Source: Takakia lepidozioides (lineage: Eukaryota > Plantae > Bryophyta). From it: 64,000 bases of DNA. The DNA is taken from positions 67,704,001 through 67,768,000 of the forward strand of contig CM060732.1 of NCBI GenBank assembly GCA_030704615.1. The letters are read 5' to 3'. The notes beneath the pieces were generated by a model. The model saw only the letters and a program-made list of their open reading frames with translations. It was not told the origin of the DNA and did no database searches. The stretch's first letter is position 1. Each line of letters begins with the position of its first letter. Below, in pieces: positions 12,904-26,578 of this stretch. The translations under genes were made by a program, and so were the position numbers.

Positions 12904-14042
12904 GGAACTGCACTCAGAAGGATACCTGCATGAACATTAAAACCTGCGGTATGCAACATCCACCCAATTCATCTGTCTCTTCCTTAACACACACCTTGCT
13001 GCTTCTCTTCATCATTGGATTCTCCTGTGTTCAAACTGGGTGCAGAATCCATGGCCTGGATACAAAAACTTCCACACACATATTGCTTGTCTATATGAAG
13101 AGAAATTTCCCATGGCATAGTGTGTAGGGCATTGCTGCCACACTGAGTGTTGATGAAACAAAAGGGAAAATGAAAATGCTGCTGAAGGCAAAAGAAACTA
13201 TTTGTGTTGAATTCCCTTATAAACTCTACACATTATTGTGGGTTTGTAGGGAGATTGTCATGGGAGAAAAACATGATCTAAATGTTTTATTACTGCATAC
13301 TAGTGACCCCCAAGTCTACAAATTTATTTAATAGAGGCCATTGAACAACATCAAACTGCGACACTATTGTTTCAATGTCTGAAATCAGATTGGTTTAGTA
13401 CATACGTCGATGTTCTTGCAAGGCTACAAACCCACAGGAATTCTCATGCAAAAGCTCTTCTCATGTTGTGCTCTTTTATTTTTTATGATTCATTTTTGAA
13501 GAGTCTAAAATGACTGGGTGTTTTGAGTCATGAAACAAGGTACATTGGTTCGCAGTGTTACAGCAGTGTTACACACAGTGGGTTACATTCACTTGCCATT
13601 CAGCACTTCAATCTGTTTTTCCCAGTCAAAACACCAAATAGTAAGTTTGCTCTTATTACTATTTTGTACGAAATAGTAATAAGAGAGTTTCTACAGCAAA
13701 CCGACTACACAAATAGCAACTTGAGAGTTCGTTGGCATGAACTGTTGGTTTCTTTGCCCATCCAGCAGCAAATGGATGGGAGCTGAAGAGGAATCAAGCA
13801 CTATGATATTCTTTCTATAATTGAAGATCTCATAAGTGCTTTTGATCGAAACTGGGATCAAAGAAACGTGCGAAAGCTCTCCGTGACTCATCGTCCGAAC
13901 CACTATATATATCTCATACTCCATCTGTCTGCGCTCTCTTTCGCATCTCTACTGTATTCATGGGCGGTGGCTCAGATGTTCAGCGGTGTTGAATCTAGTG
14001 GTGTGGAGGTTGAGGAGTTCGATTACCTGGACGATGTGAGAG

Positions 14043-14470
14043 ATGAAGCGAACCAGAGTGGTGCATGCTCAGCTGCTCACTAGACTGTTACTATTAATAT
14101 ACTGGATGGGGTGGGTCCCAGCTGGACAGTTCAACCTTCCGATCGAATGGCTCGTCACCTGGTTAAGAATTCGACCATCACTGTTGAATGCTTTGCAGCA
14201 GATAGCCAGAGCGACTCCAATGGGCTGCAGTGGCCCAACGAAGGGGACAGTTATCAGTAGACCTTTGCGAAGTATGAGAACCATGCCATCGTGGACCTGT
14301 ACCTTCACCAAGCTATATGGACCAGAAGGCAGCTCGTTTCATCGTCTGGGCGGAGAGAGTTAGCGATTTTCATGAACTTCCTTGTGACGCCTAATCTTAG
14401 AAGGTGGCGCTCTCTGGATTCTGGTGGACGCAGTATTCACGCACTAATCAAATACGAATTGTAAGTCTTG
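14043..14470 (+). pseudogene. S-protein homologue (SPH) pseudogene, paralogue of 15424..15900
   Basis: Reading across frames gives TITVECFAADSQSDSNGLQWPNEGDSYQ*TFAKYEN / PSWTCTF / ARFIVW...PCDA*S*KVALSGFWW. This aligns with FSVDCMSDDG...NGFQWLTPEDTYNWTFPK...PKWTCTV...ANFVIW...CETCFWKVKASGFWW of the intact gene, but has stops and frameshifts. Confidence 0.75.
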
Positions 14471-15423
14471 GGCACTTGATCAGGTTCCTAGCTTTGCACA
14501 GCTTAGCATAGTCTCGAATGCCTCTCGAATGTCACTTCCGCAAGCTGTTGGATGCTTCGAGTGTCTCCAAGTACCCTCAAGTGGAAAGTGCTCTATACGA
14601 TTTAGTTTTTATCTAGAGGAGTCATGAGGATATAGTCCCAATGCTTCTGTTGCTAGAGTTTCCTTGGATTCTGAAAACAATAGATGGCCCCGAGGTCGCA
14701 GCTGTTGGATTTGTGGGTGATTTATGCGGGCAATACTTTGGGTGCCGGTGAAGCCATGTAGCTCAAGGGGAGGTTTGCAGTATGTGTGTGTTGCAGGGGC
14801 CTTCTTCTCCCCTCTTTTTAACCTCAGGGGTTATAACGTTGACAGGCAGTATGCGACGTAGAGAGAGACCCACAAATCGTTGAGTCCATGCAGCTCGTGA
14901 GTCTAAAGGAAGGACATGTATACCTGTACCCGCTTATGAGGCAAAGGAAAAAAGTCTTAATTGAAATGACATTAACAAAACTGAGGTTCTCGTGCCCTTC
15001 TCGTGAAAGTGTAAAGAGTGGAGGATTCAATTTTAAGTCAACTTGTTTTCCAACTTGTTGACTCCGGCTGTGTACAGGTATACACGAGGATCTTACACTT
15101 GTTTCTCAAAGGGTCGACATCAGAGGACCCCACCCTTGTCTGCTCTCCTTCTTCAAGGTCTCTATCGACGGGTTGGTGATGGAGAGGTACGTCCCGATCG
15201 GCCACCAGGTATTGTGCTTACGGAACCACATATACCAGAGTATTCCCAAAATATCATAAGGATCGTGGCAAAGATTAGGTACATTCTTGGGTATTTCTCC
15301 GTGGATGCCAGACTGTCGGTAACTACATATACAGATCGTCACTCCTCCGTCTCTCCCACACATTTCCGCTGCTGCACTCTGCGTCTCTAGTCTTCTTGTG
15401 CCTCCCACTCTGCGTGAGATTAG

Positions 15424-15900
15424 ATGAAAGGAACGAGCATGAGTGTGGGGCTGGTGGTGGCTCTGATGATTGCAACCTGTATGGCTGCCCATGTACGTGG
15501 TCATGAGGTTACAATGTCCATCGCCAGCAGTATGCCCAACATTACGACGAATGGCCACCGCTGGATTGTACCCTTCACTTTCTCAGTCGACTGCATGTCT
15601 GATGATGGTCTGGTCAACCCCAACGGTTTCCAATGGCTCACTCCCGAAGACACTTACAACTGGACGTTTCCCAAGCACAACGAGTTCAACAACCGAGCCC
15701 CAAAGTGGACGTGTACAGTCCGTTGGGCGGAACTCTATGCTAATTTCGTTATCTGGAATGGCACAAGTTCAGGCGCTAGCGATGGTTATCTATCTTGTGA
15801 GACATGCTTTTGGAAGGTGAAGGCATCTGGATTCTGGTGGAGTGAGCTGCCCACAAACCCATATCAGTTGTCCCCAGTTCAATGGCGCTTAGTCAACTGA
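15424..15900 (+). CDS. Secreted S-protein homologue (SPH; Self-incomp_S1-like), 158 aa, intronless
   Basis: N-terminal hydrophobic signal peptide, plus the SPH pattern V-x-C-x-S-x-D-D, Y-x-W-x-F, W-x-C-x-V-x-W, F-x-I-W, C-x-x-C-x-W-x-V-x-x-x-G-F. Confidence 0.82.
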   Translation: MKGTSMSVGLVVALMIATCMAAHVRGHEVTMSIASSMPNITTNGHRWIVPFTFSVDCMSDDGLVNPNGFQWLTPEDTYNWTFPKHNEFNNRAPKWTCTVRWAELYANFVIWNGTSSGASDGYLSCETCFWKVKASGFWWSELPTNPYQLSPVQWRLVN

Positions 15901-17559
15901 TCTCGACACAAATTCCTTCCATGCCATGGTTTGAAGAGAACCCACTCATGTAGCAAGGGGAAAAAATAACATGAGCTCTGGTAGCATCGAATCAACCTCC
16001 AGGTTGAGCTGCTCATCGATCAAGTGTTCTGTTTGTTGTGATGTTATAAATGTTCTCGTTGATCGAGTAACAACATGTACGTCTCGACATTAGTACTATG
16101 CAAAGTTAACCTGATTTCAAGTGCCACATTTCATCTCCGTGTTCTGTGATTGTGATTGTCCTTTACCCACCACCACACATGCACATTGAAAGCACAAACT
16201 CGATTGTGAGATGGGGTTCACGAATGTAGTCATAACTTTTCTTTTTTTTTAAAGCGTCATCAAATGTGTACTGTACTTAACAATAATCTGTAAAACCCAG
16301 CCACCGTGTTTTACACTGTAGACTGTAGACTTGTGTTTATATCAAAGAGACACAGGCGTTGACAGCAGGGATGAGCTCTTTTACGGAGGGATGCTAGCGA
16401 GCTGACACCAACATTCATGCACTTGCCACTTTGGGCTCCATTGCACTCTACTCGATAGCTTATTTCTCTAGTCTGGAGATTTTGGAGTGGTCTGTGCAAA
16501 CGACAAGGGAGCTGGGAAGCCACAAGAGTCTCGACTAAAGACCTTCCCCATCCTACTTTGATGCCCTCAGGCAGAAAACCCACGATACGGACAGTAATAC
16601 CAGTTTTTGGGTTGCAGAGAAAGCGAGATTCTAAACTTCACACATAAGTTACCATCACAGTTACTCCATCACAATACCACAGTTCAGTCCCCAGATTGCC
16701 AGGCATGGTGTTTGTAACCCGGGGTTGGATGAAAGGGCAGGCACTGGCGGATTTTCGGGCACAAAGGTGTACCGTGGAGCAGACCTGGTATGAGGTTTTA
16801 AAGATCCTTCACGATGGTGGGACAGTTGCAATCCCAAGGTCTGGCTTGGTTAATGTTAAGATGTGAAGAACGTCCATCCTGCAAATGTGGGCTCTTCCTG
16901 TTAGTACCATCGTTCCTGGTGTTTACGGTACTTGGGAGGGTCAGCTTGGTCTTAGGAGGCCGGGTTTCAATCTATGGCTGCTCAGCTGCACCGTGGTGGT
17001 TCTCATAGGCCAATCCGAGATCACCTTACTACAGACACATGCAGCACACACAAGAGGTGCTTCTGGGTTGATGGTCGGTCGAATCCTCCATGGGTCATGA
17101 CACAAGGTCAAGGGCAAAGTGGTGAGGGTACCTTCTTCTTCAACCTATTTAGCCTGTTTGTCCTCTTATCAAAGTCGTCCCTGATTTTCATGTTGAACTC
17201 TGCGAATAAGCTCGGTGGGTGGGTCTATGGTGGATTAGAGTGATTTTGGCATGTTACCAGTTGCCAATGTGGCAATAGGAGAGATCCAAAAAACAGATAA
17301 CAGAGACGAGGAGAAGCTTTGGAATGAATATTTTTCCGATCCCAGTTGACCAATTGTGGCACAACCGGGGCAAAAAGATGAATGGCTAGTAGATTCCAGA
17401 GAGAAGCAGACGCAATTCAGCAGATTGGGGTGTTTGCAAGGCGACAATGTATGCGCATGATTTCTGCAGAGGCAGGGACAGCAGAAGGAGCACGGTAGCG
17501 TGTGGATCCAGATTCATCCAAGAGCCGATTTCAAACCTCAACCATGACCAAGAGAGGGA

Positions 17560-18420
17560 ATCCACAATGCCTCTTCTAGCACATGGATGCTGTGTGAGGT
17601 AGGGCAACTGAAAGAGGCTCTACAGACTTTAAACCAAGGAGGCATCTCAGCAGATTTTGTCTGTCTCTTGCATAAGAGCATCAAAGATGAAAAGCTGGAA
17701 GCTGGAAAACGGATGCACGCCCACATCTCCAAAGTGGAGTCAAGCCAAACGTTTTTCTACACAATACCTTTCATGTAAGTTATGTTGAGTGCAGAAGCAT
17801 CATGGATGCTCACCAAGTGTTCAACAGACTGTCTCAACAAATGTGTGATCACGTGGAATATATTGATGGGAGAATTTACCAAGCATGGGCGTGGTAGGAA
17901 TGTGGGAATAGGGTGTCATCGTCACCACGTCATCGTAGACACGTCATCGTCGCGACGTCGTCGTCGTCAGCCAACTACGTTGTGATCCGTTTTTAGCAGC
18001 GTTCTCTCGCCTTCTATTTCAAGTGTTTTTGTGGCCCCGTCTTCGTCTTATTATACACTGTTCAGGCAAACTAGCAGTACTGTCTGTATGTGCGCATGAT
18101 CAGAAACACGACCCAGCATTCATTTGAAATCCATGGGGACTCGTCTATCCTTTGACAGATATTCAGCAGCTCCAAGCTTCCAAGAAAATTTCAAACTGCT
18201 AATGATTGCAGGATATGCCTAGCATGGTTGTCATATGGAGGCTCTGCAACTATTTGAAAGAATACAAAAGGAAGGCTTAAGCCAGACACTATCACGTTTA
18301 TATATGTTCTCTATGCATGCTGACCTACTGGATGAAGGAAGACGCTACTTTGATTCCTTGAGTGAAGATCATGGTGTCGCCCCAGCAGTAATGCACTTCG
18401 GCTGCAAGGTGAAGCTAACC
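17560..18420 (+). pseudogene. Degenerate PLS-type pentatricopeptide repeat (PPR) gene fragments
   Basis: LCEVGQLKEALQTL...LEAGKRMHAHISK, VITWNILMGEFTKHGRG, MIAGYA*HGCHMEALQLFERIQKEG and LLDEGRRYFDSLSEDHGVAPAVMHFGC are PPR motifs, with stops, frameshifts and an intervening non-PPR segment. Confidence 0.75.
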
Positions 18421-18525
18421 GCTTTCAGCACTTTGAAGATGGGGTTTGTTCTTGTGGGGATTACTGGTCAACGATGTTTTTCTAGAAAGGTGCGAGTGTC
18501 TTGCTTCACTTCATCACCTTTCTGG

Positions 18526-18948
18526 ATGGCCATGGCGGAGCAAGGGGGAGGGGCTGTTGAGGCCCAATTAGAAGTTCTTTCATTGCCAGAGCTCACCAAG
18601 GAGAATGTGACCGTGATCCACCATGATTTCTTGGACAATTTCGTGATTTCTAAGCCATGGATAGATTCTACCAGGCAACGAGTTTACATCACAACCTACC
18701 TCGGAAGGAGGGGCAAGATCAGCAACTTGTGGGTGAAGATGAAGAGCCCCGAGGCAATGTCTCTTGCCTTCAGTGTGAATGACAATGAGAACAATGCCTT
18801 GGGAATAGACACGGCGTCTGCAGCACAGATCAATAGTAAGACTTTTGAGAGGGCATTGGCTATGGTGCCCAAAGCCTCAAAGAAGAAGTTTTGGCAGCTT
18901 GGTAAAAAGCTTAGAGTTGTTGAAGATTGGATTGTAGCTCAGTCGTAG
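18526..18948 (+). CDS. Hypothetical 140-aa protein, in frame with the last PPR remnant
   Basis: Open frame MAMAEQGGG...DWIVAQS* with globular-looking composition. No family recognised. Confidence 0.35.
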   Translation: MAMAEQGGGAVEAQLEVLSLPELTKENVTVIHHDFLDNFVISKPWIDSTRQRVYITTYLGRRGKISNLWVKMKSPEAMSLAFSVNDNENNALGIDTASAAQINSKTFERALAMVPKASKKKFWQLGKKLRVVEDWIVAQS

Positions 18949-20276
18949 CTTGGATTGAGAGCGATGTGAACTTGATGCCTACAACGGATGGATCAGGTTT
19001 TGTTGATTTGCAATCTCCCATGGTGATGACAGGGATGCAGGGGCTGGCATCCTGATTCACAGGCATGCACTACATGAAATTATTGACACTTGCTCGATGC
19101 ATGGAGTGGATACTAGTTGAATCTTTCAGGTAGCACGGTTTCAGAGCCCATTTTTATAATTAGCTACAACATTCTTTCAGAAAGGTGGACAACAAGAAAA
19201 CTTGAGCAATATCTCATTCCATTTTATTTATCACATACAACATGGAAACTCTCGTCATAAGGAAGTTGAGCAGTAAAATTGAAAGTATGCCACTTCTGAG
19301 TTCATAGATCAAGAAGCAGGTAAATTGAGTGCCCTGCCACTGAGCTCTTCCACATTTCATTATTGTCACAGAAGCTGATCAAGTGCATAGCAATTGACTG
19401 GACAAGTTTATTTCAAATCAAATCATGGCCCCTTGAGCTTACTGCTCTCTGGTCAGTCCATGGGAGTCATGCTTTTGACTCCTCCGACATGTCCGCCAAA
19501 AATTCTGTCTTTATCCTCTGCCCCCTCTAGGCCGCTGTGGCCTACACAAATTTTGCTTCTTCTCTGTCCCTGTCCTTGCCTTGCCTTTGGACTCCATACA
19601 ATCTAGGCTGAGAAACACAAAGGGCAGAGTTCTGAACTATGCCCTCTCTCATCAACTACATCGTAGCTGCTTGCAAGCAATCAGAGTTGAAAACATGTTG
19701 AAGTAGAAAGAGCTTCATGGCCACAGACACCACATTTGCTTTGATGAGCAATTGAGGGGGAGAGATAGAGAGAGAGAATCTGACCTAAGGATAAGGATGA
19801 AGAATTGCATCTTGACATTTGTTCGTTACTCCAACAACTTGTCTTCGCCTGAAGGCCCTTGGAGGTCTTTGTGATACCTTTGCAGACTGATGCATCCACA
19901 AGAATCCAAACAAAACTTAGGTAAATATAACATCTATTGTTACACAACGGTAAGTCTTGGGGAAGTTATATTCACTATCTAGTTTGCACATATCAAGGTA
20001 TCAAGGTTCTACCTGACCTGTAAGATGGTATTGTCTGTCATAATACGAGTTGCATACTGTGACACAATTTGAAACATGGAAGAGGGCAGAGCTTGAACCT
20101 TACTCATCAATTTATCTGGAGTGGCCAAAAGTGAGAAAGAAGTGTTGGGAAGGAGAGCGAAATGAGGCCACTAATACCCTGCCCACTGGCTGGTGAGATA
20201 TGAACTCTTAAGCGTCAGATTAGTTTTAGCCTTCTTGAACTTCTCATGAAACTGTTTTTATATCATCAATTCCATG

Positions 20277-23200
20277 CTAGTATTCAGACCAAGGGAGGCC
20301 CATGGCTTTGGTACTGCCACAAGCTTCTAAAATGGGCATAACAGTTTCTTTCACACCCTCTTGTCCCACGTCAGGAAAGAGCAAAAAGAGCTTTGTAACA
20401 TTCACACGGACAGCCAAAGAAAGAAACACACATGCATATACAGGTTGGCAGAGACGAGCTTGGAGTGGGAAACTCACTGAGGGCCTGAGTGGATTGACTG
20501 GCCACTTCCGTGGTTGGCTGCCAGGAATGACACTAGCACGTCCTGGCATGGTGCTAGAAGGTTCACCATGACATATCACAGTGGGCGCAGACTTGGTGGA
20601 GGACTGACCCTGAGAAGCCAAGGATACCCTGCCAGAATTCATATACCTGGCAGAAATAGCTGCTAACTTCCAATCCAGCCTTTCCAAAGAGGCCAGAATG
20701 CTCAGCTCTTCATCAGACCCATGCACACACATGCCAGTTCTGTAGTTCTCCTTGTCTGCAGATGAATCATGGTACACAGGTTTGTTCCTCCTCCGACTGT
20801 ACTCTGAGCCAATAGATACAGGACTTACATTCGGTCTTGGTATCTGTGAGGAGTTTCTGGCATGAGAGTAACCTGTTTGTAGAGGGCCTTGGGAGGAGTA
20901 AAAGCATTTTTGCTTTGGGCGCGGCACTTCACTAATGTCACGGTAACCAACATTCACCCCTGTCATGTCACCTGATGTTCTTTCTCTGCTTAGAAGATAG
21001 CTCTCAAACTCACCCTGTTTGTTACACTGAGGTTCACTGGTCTTCTGGCAAGCCATTGAAGAAAGTGGTCTGGTACACTTAGAGACACCACTTGAATTCC
21101 TTGTCTGTTCTATGTTCAGGGTTGTTGTTGAGGGAAAGGAAAACAAAACATCATTAGATCGGGGTTTCTCTTCAATGTATGTCGTAGGGATGCCTCCGGC
21201 ATCACCAACATTGTGACCACTTGTGGTAGGCTCTAAATATTTCTTTCGTGAAGGGGGTCGTTCTTCGGGAGACCATTCTATCTGCCAAGCTGTTGCTTTA
21301 GGCTTTCCATTCAACATTATTTGTCCACCCTCCAAACCATCTCGATTGTGCCTATGGACAGGGTTTACTTGGCTCTCCAGTTTCTTTGTTGCAGTCTCCT
21401 CATGAGCCACAGGCAAACCTATGTAATCAGTATGGCTCCCACCCATTTCTATCATTGCCTTATCCACCCCTGTAGTAGCATGTGAAACCTCATTTCTGGT
21501 GTTTGTCCAATCTCTTTCCTCTTCGGTGTAAGATTCAAGGTGGTTGCCATAAGATGGAGCTAACATGTTCTCCTTGTTCAGTGTTTGCTCTGATAATCGC
21601 CGAGCCATGTCAATTCTGGTTTCTCTCACAAAGTGGCACTCATCCAACACAACCTCGGGGCTTGCATCGGTCTCAGATATCCCACAACCACTTCCTTTGA
21701 TGGGAAGAGACTGCTCTGTAAGGTCTCTGAAATCCAAGGGTTTTAGTTTGCAATCTTCAAGACGCGATTGGACAGCAATAACATCTGCAATCAGCCGCGT
21801 TGTGGCAGCTTCACTATCTAAAGAGGCTATAAATAAATCTTCTTCTGAGCAACCTGTTGTCTCTTCATTGGTCTCCTTCTTAGAGGGAGAGTGCAAAGAC
21901 TCTGATTCAGTGGTCTCCAGCCTGGGGGACCAAAGTGGAGATTCAGATTCACTGGTCTCCTGCTTAGAAGCAGAGTTTGTAAACTCAGATCTTGAAGACA
22001 CTAGTGTTGCATCAACTGGTGACAAGGAACAGATTGATGCATGTTCCATGAATGAAGTTGCTACAGATGTGGAGGTGGGTGAGGAAGCTGTCCAGGAATA
22101 GTTCATTTGACAAGGTGATTCCGGAGAAGCAACACTCCCTGTACCTGGAACAATGCTCTGCCTAGGGATAGAGGATGTCAAATGTGCTTGTTTTAAGGCG
22201 GATGTTGATCCTTGCTCGCAGAGAACTTTCCATGTGTCCTTGCTGGACTTCAAGCAAGATTTAAGAGGAACCGAGGCCACTCTTGGGCTTGAAACCATTG
22301 GGGGAAAAGATCCAAGGCTCATCTTGGAACTATAATCCCGGAACACTTCGTCCTCTGCCATGAGAAGGTTTGCATCAACATTGCTTTGGAATTTCTGTCT
22401 CTCCATTGCTAAATCGTAAAGTTCGCCCTCCAGGTCCTCCAGTTCTGATGTCACCAATCCTGGGCTTGGGTTATTGTTCTGAAGACCTCCAGCATCATAA
22501 TCTGTTGCTGAAACCTTGCTTTGATTGCAAAAATTGTCATCGCTGCTTCCACCAGTGGATGCAAAACTTTTACTGTGAATACCTACTGGACTTTGCAGTG
22601 CAATTTAAGTCACCAGAGAGCTCCTGCCTAGTTGTATATACTTCAATGGCCTTATGCTTTATGTGTGCAATCCCCCCTTGACATGCCAGCACATCTCCAG
22701 CCAGGCACACTCTCCATTCTGCCCTTTCTTTTTCAATGTGAATCCCATCCATCACTTGCTAACTCACTCAATAGAGTTGATGTTTATCATGCAGAGGAAA
22801 TGGTTTCATCCTCACTTGGTTTGCCACAGTTTACCAAGTTCTTGGGAGTGCGGTAGCACTAAGGAGACTCCCTTCAGAGAGTCCATTCAGAGTCTGATAG
22901 CCTGTAAATCCTTCCTACTTTGACATCCAGAACAAATGTCTACCTATAATTCTGAAGTCAACAACAGAGGGCCAACGTTGTGTGTTGTAGAACACAAGGG
23001 AGTACAAGTTGCTTACCACCTTGAGTCCACCATTTGCTAGCTGGCCAACTACAAATTTGAAGTCCATATGGAGCGAACTACGATGGGGAAGAAAGCAAGG
23101 TGAAGGAGATGCTTACAGGGGACTTTGTGAATCGCTAGCCCTTGCATCCAGCATGGCATTACGGACAACAATATCTTTTATTTGATGAAATCGATCAAAG

Positions 23201-24145
23201 GTTGGCTTCTTTGCATCTCCAATCCCTGCATTCGCCACTGCAATTTCCTTCTGTCTCAACCTGATAATGGCTTCATGATCTCGAAGCAGAGAAGTGCTCC
23301 AGGGAGGTCTCTTATAGATCTCTTCTCCATTGTGTGCGTTTCGTTGGCCTTTCAAACCATTCAGCGGCTTAATAGAGGTCTGATAAGTTGAGTGAATATA
23401 GGCATTTAAACGAGCACGCTCTTTCTTTCTGAATTGTAGAATCTCTTTTGCTTTTCTAGTCTCGTCCTGTTCTCTCTGACCGCGCAAGTCTTGATACTTT
23501 CTGCAGGTTGTTCAGGAAATGATGTCCAAGCTTTCAAAACCTTGTGGACACGTATAGCCATTCTTTGTTCTTGAGACATGGTCAGAAAGATAAATGGTGC
23601 ATATTCATGAGCAACTTAAAAGTCCATCTGATATGATGGCTCTCGAACAAGATAGTGAGAGGAAAATGGAAATGACAACACAAAACCCAAAGACCTGACA
23701 GGAGTAAGAAAGAAACTTAATAACATCCATGGAAACCTCAAAGAGCTCATGGGACCAAACAAAACAGGTCACAAGAAAGAACGTGGGGCCCTCAACAAGC
23801 AGAAAAAACCAAAGAATTGTATCCCATCAAATGGGAGGCAAGAGGGACCATAGGACAAAAGAGAACTACAAGACGAAACCCAAAAACGACACAGAGGGAG
23901 AGCTGGATAAACATTAAATGCAATTGTCCTCTTTGATTCCTCAAATTGTTGAGTTGATTTTGGACTTCTCTGGACCCTCTCTCCTCCCTAACTACCTACT
24001 GCAAAGTAAGAAAACGATGCATGCCCAAATACCTGTGTCTCATGGCTGTAGTTTTGGCATTGACAAGTCTACGGCGCTCCATGCTCATCCTCAGGCCTCC
24101 TCCGACTCCCTCCTTTACTTTCTCACACCCCATCTTGTTGCACAT
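20277..24145 (-). CDS. Uncharacterised large, mostly disordered protein with an N-terminal coiled coil and a C-terminal SLERLD helix (CEP126-like candidate)
   Basis: Exon 24033..24145 splices in phase 2 to 23117..23500. Small exons near 23016-23048 and 22838-22901 are uncertain. A >2.1-kb open exon covers ~20277-22570. The 3' end may continue through further exons to ~19467. Confidence 0.6.
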
Positions 24146-26578
24146 TCATCAAAATCACTCTATTCCCCTGCCCTGACACATAATAATGTCTGGCTTCTGG
24201 CTAGAACTGACCATTTCAATATCAGTTCCACGTGGATGTTCCCAACCAGTTGCAGCTTCCGTATCTGGGACTGTGAACTGCTCACGCTTGCTGGAATTTG
24301 AAGTCTTCATTACTTGTTGCCATTCCTCTCTATGAACTGAAATGACTGATCCTGGAACATGGACAGTAGTCAACAGAACTGAAGTTACCAACTTTATTCA
24401 AGATCTGACAGGCTGGAAATTATTCGTGTCCTGAAACATCTGACCTTTCTTGGCAAAAGCAATTGCATCCCCATTTCTAGGAAGGCCTGACTATCCAAGG
24501 TAAGATGTTGCAAGTCTGCATTTTCTGTGTATTGTGTATTCAGAAAAAGGATTGTACATGCACCGAGAATACTCTTCATGTCTGTATAATTACCATACAA
24601 CTGTTCAGCAATAAATGTCAAAGGCCCATCCCAACCTCAGCAAACGGTGTGTCTTTCTCCATCCATGCCTCTTCTGGTGCCAAAATTGTTCGATGCTCTG
24701 ATCTCACCAATATACAGATTTGTGACAACCAAGGAAATCAAGACTCAATTGATGTTGTCAATGCTTGGCTGAAGGATGTTCTGCTCCTGGTGGAGGGGTA
24801 TCACAAACTGGCAAAGCAGGCATGAACCTGAAGACGACCTGGAAGTCACCACCCTTCCCAGTACACTCCTCTGCCAAAGCTGACAATTCGGACCATGACA
24901 TGTACACCTGAAAAATGCCAACACAATAAACGGTCACCTTAGCCATACAGACAAGTCTGGTAGTGGCAACCCATCATCCATTCAAAGTGGCACCCATTCA
25001 AAGTAGTCAGTGTGCTTCTCCTCTTACTGTCACAATGCCTCGAGCTGTTCAGTTTGTCCGACTGTGTCTTCTAGCAACCATCTATAACCTCAACTCGGAC
25101 CCCAAGACGAATCCCCATGCCTGCTCCACATTGTTGGGCACAAACATACTAGGAAAAAAATAGAAGACTGTCATTTTTACCCAGCACTGATGGAAAATGG
25201 GTAAAAAATCATCATGTCACTGAGAGGTACCCGGGCAGATTGTAGAAGGAACCTTTTTTTCAATACTTGGAGCAAGTCGTCTTCCCACCTATGCGATCTG
25301 CCAGATCGAGATCATCTACTGTGTGGAGCAAATCATGGTTGTGTATGAAGCCAGGCATGCAGAGGATTGTTCAAATTAACCATAAGTGTCTAGGCTGTGA
25401 ATTGAATAAAGTACAGATCAACGAGTATCCCTGTAAGCGAATCTGATTGAATGAACTGGGGTTTTGTCATCGTATTGTCTTTCTTCAGTCTTCTTCTTGT
25501 GGTCAACATCGCCATCAAAGACATCAGCCGACACTTCTCCACTTCACGTACCTTGTAAGATTCAAAAATTATGTATAAAAAGGTGATAGGAGAAGTATGA
25601 GCTTGAAGGACTACCGGTTGGACACGAATTCTTGTTATAATTCTAGCAGCTACAATCTCGAAGACCCAAGGCTCATTGAAGTGGGTCTCCAAGGCTTGTG
25701 AATCTAATATTTTGCTCTGGTCCCAGGTCTGTCTGTCCAACGTAAGAACGCTAAGAACGCTGAATCAAAACACCATCACAAGCATTATCAACCTATCGCG
25801 TCAAATTTGACAAATAAGAAGCTGCCAAAACAAATACATTTCACCAAGCAGGACCTAATGACAGTAGTGGCAATGGATCTGCATTGGACATGCTTCCTTA
25901 GTCTAGTGAGGAAAATGTTCAATGCGAAACCTTGGGAGATTCATCTGAAACTGGAAACGGTTGAATTGAATATCCTCATAATGCAGCACTTTCAATCTGC
26001 CAATTTCAAGCAAATTCAAGACAACGAGAACAGTCATCTCATGGTAGAGCCCTTCAGATTTACCGTAACAATTGAGTACATGCGAGGAGGGTGGACATGA
26101 AGCTTAAACCCTCAGTATCTCTTCACAACTCGAAAATTCATTGCGAATATCTTGACACTTCTGGAGTCAACAGGTTACACGACGATAAAGAGTGTCATCC
26201 CGGGGTTGCTTTCCCAAATGTGCGTGCCAACGAGGCCCGAAGCATCCCAAAAACAAATCAAGTCGACCACAATCTCGGGACAACAGAAAGCGTCATATGC
26301 GGAGATATAGACTTCCCATTTATCACACATATTACCTACAGCTCCATCCAAACAGCGTCCCTCTCCAATCATCAAATCTATGGAGAATTTTCCACATAAT
26401 TTTAGAAACGCATACGCAGACTGTCAGTGCACCAAATATTACCCGAGAGGTCTTCGCAGCGTGATCCAACAATCATCTCTTTCCAACCATCAAATCCAGG
26501 AGATGTTTCCGAAACATCATGACATAGCAAATTGGAACACCTCGCTGCAGCAAAGGCCATCCCACACCGAGAGACGAA

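Noticed and set aside
17912-17975. CGT/CAT-rich stretch resembling the protamine exon (SSSRRRRRQ)
   Set aside because: Short, no sustained Arg frame and no alignable match to 27332-27590. Probably low-complexity sequence.
24155-25740. Several short minus-strand ORFs upstream of the CEP126-like start
   Set aside because: Could not be spliced into one open frame. Probably 5' UTR exons or introns.
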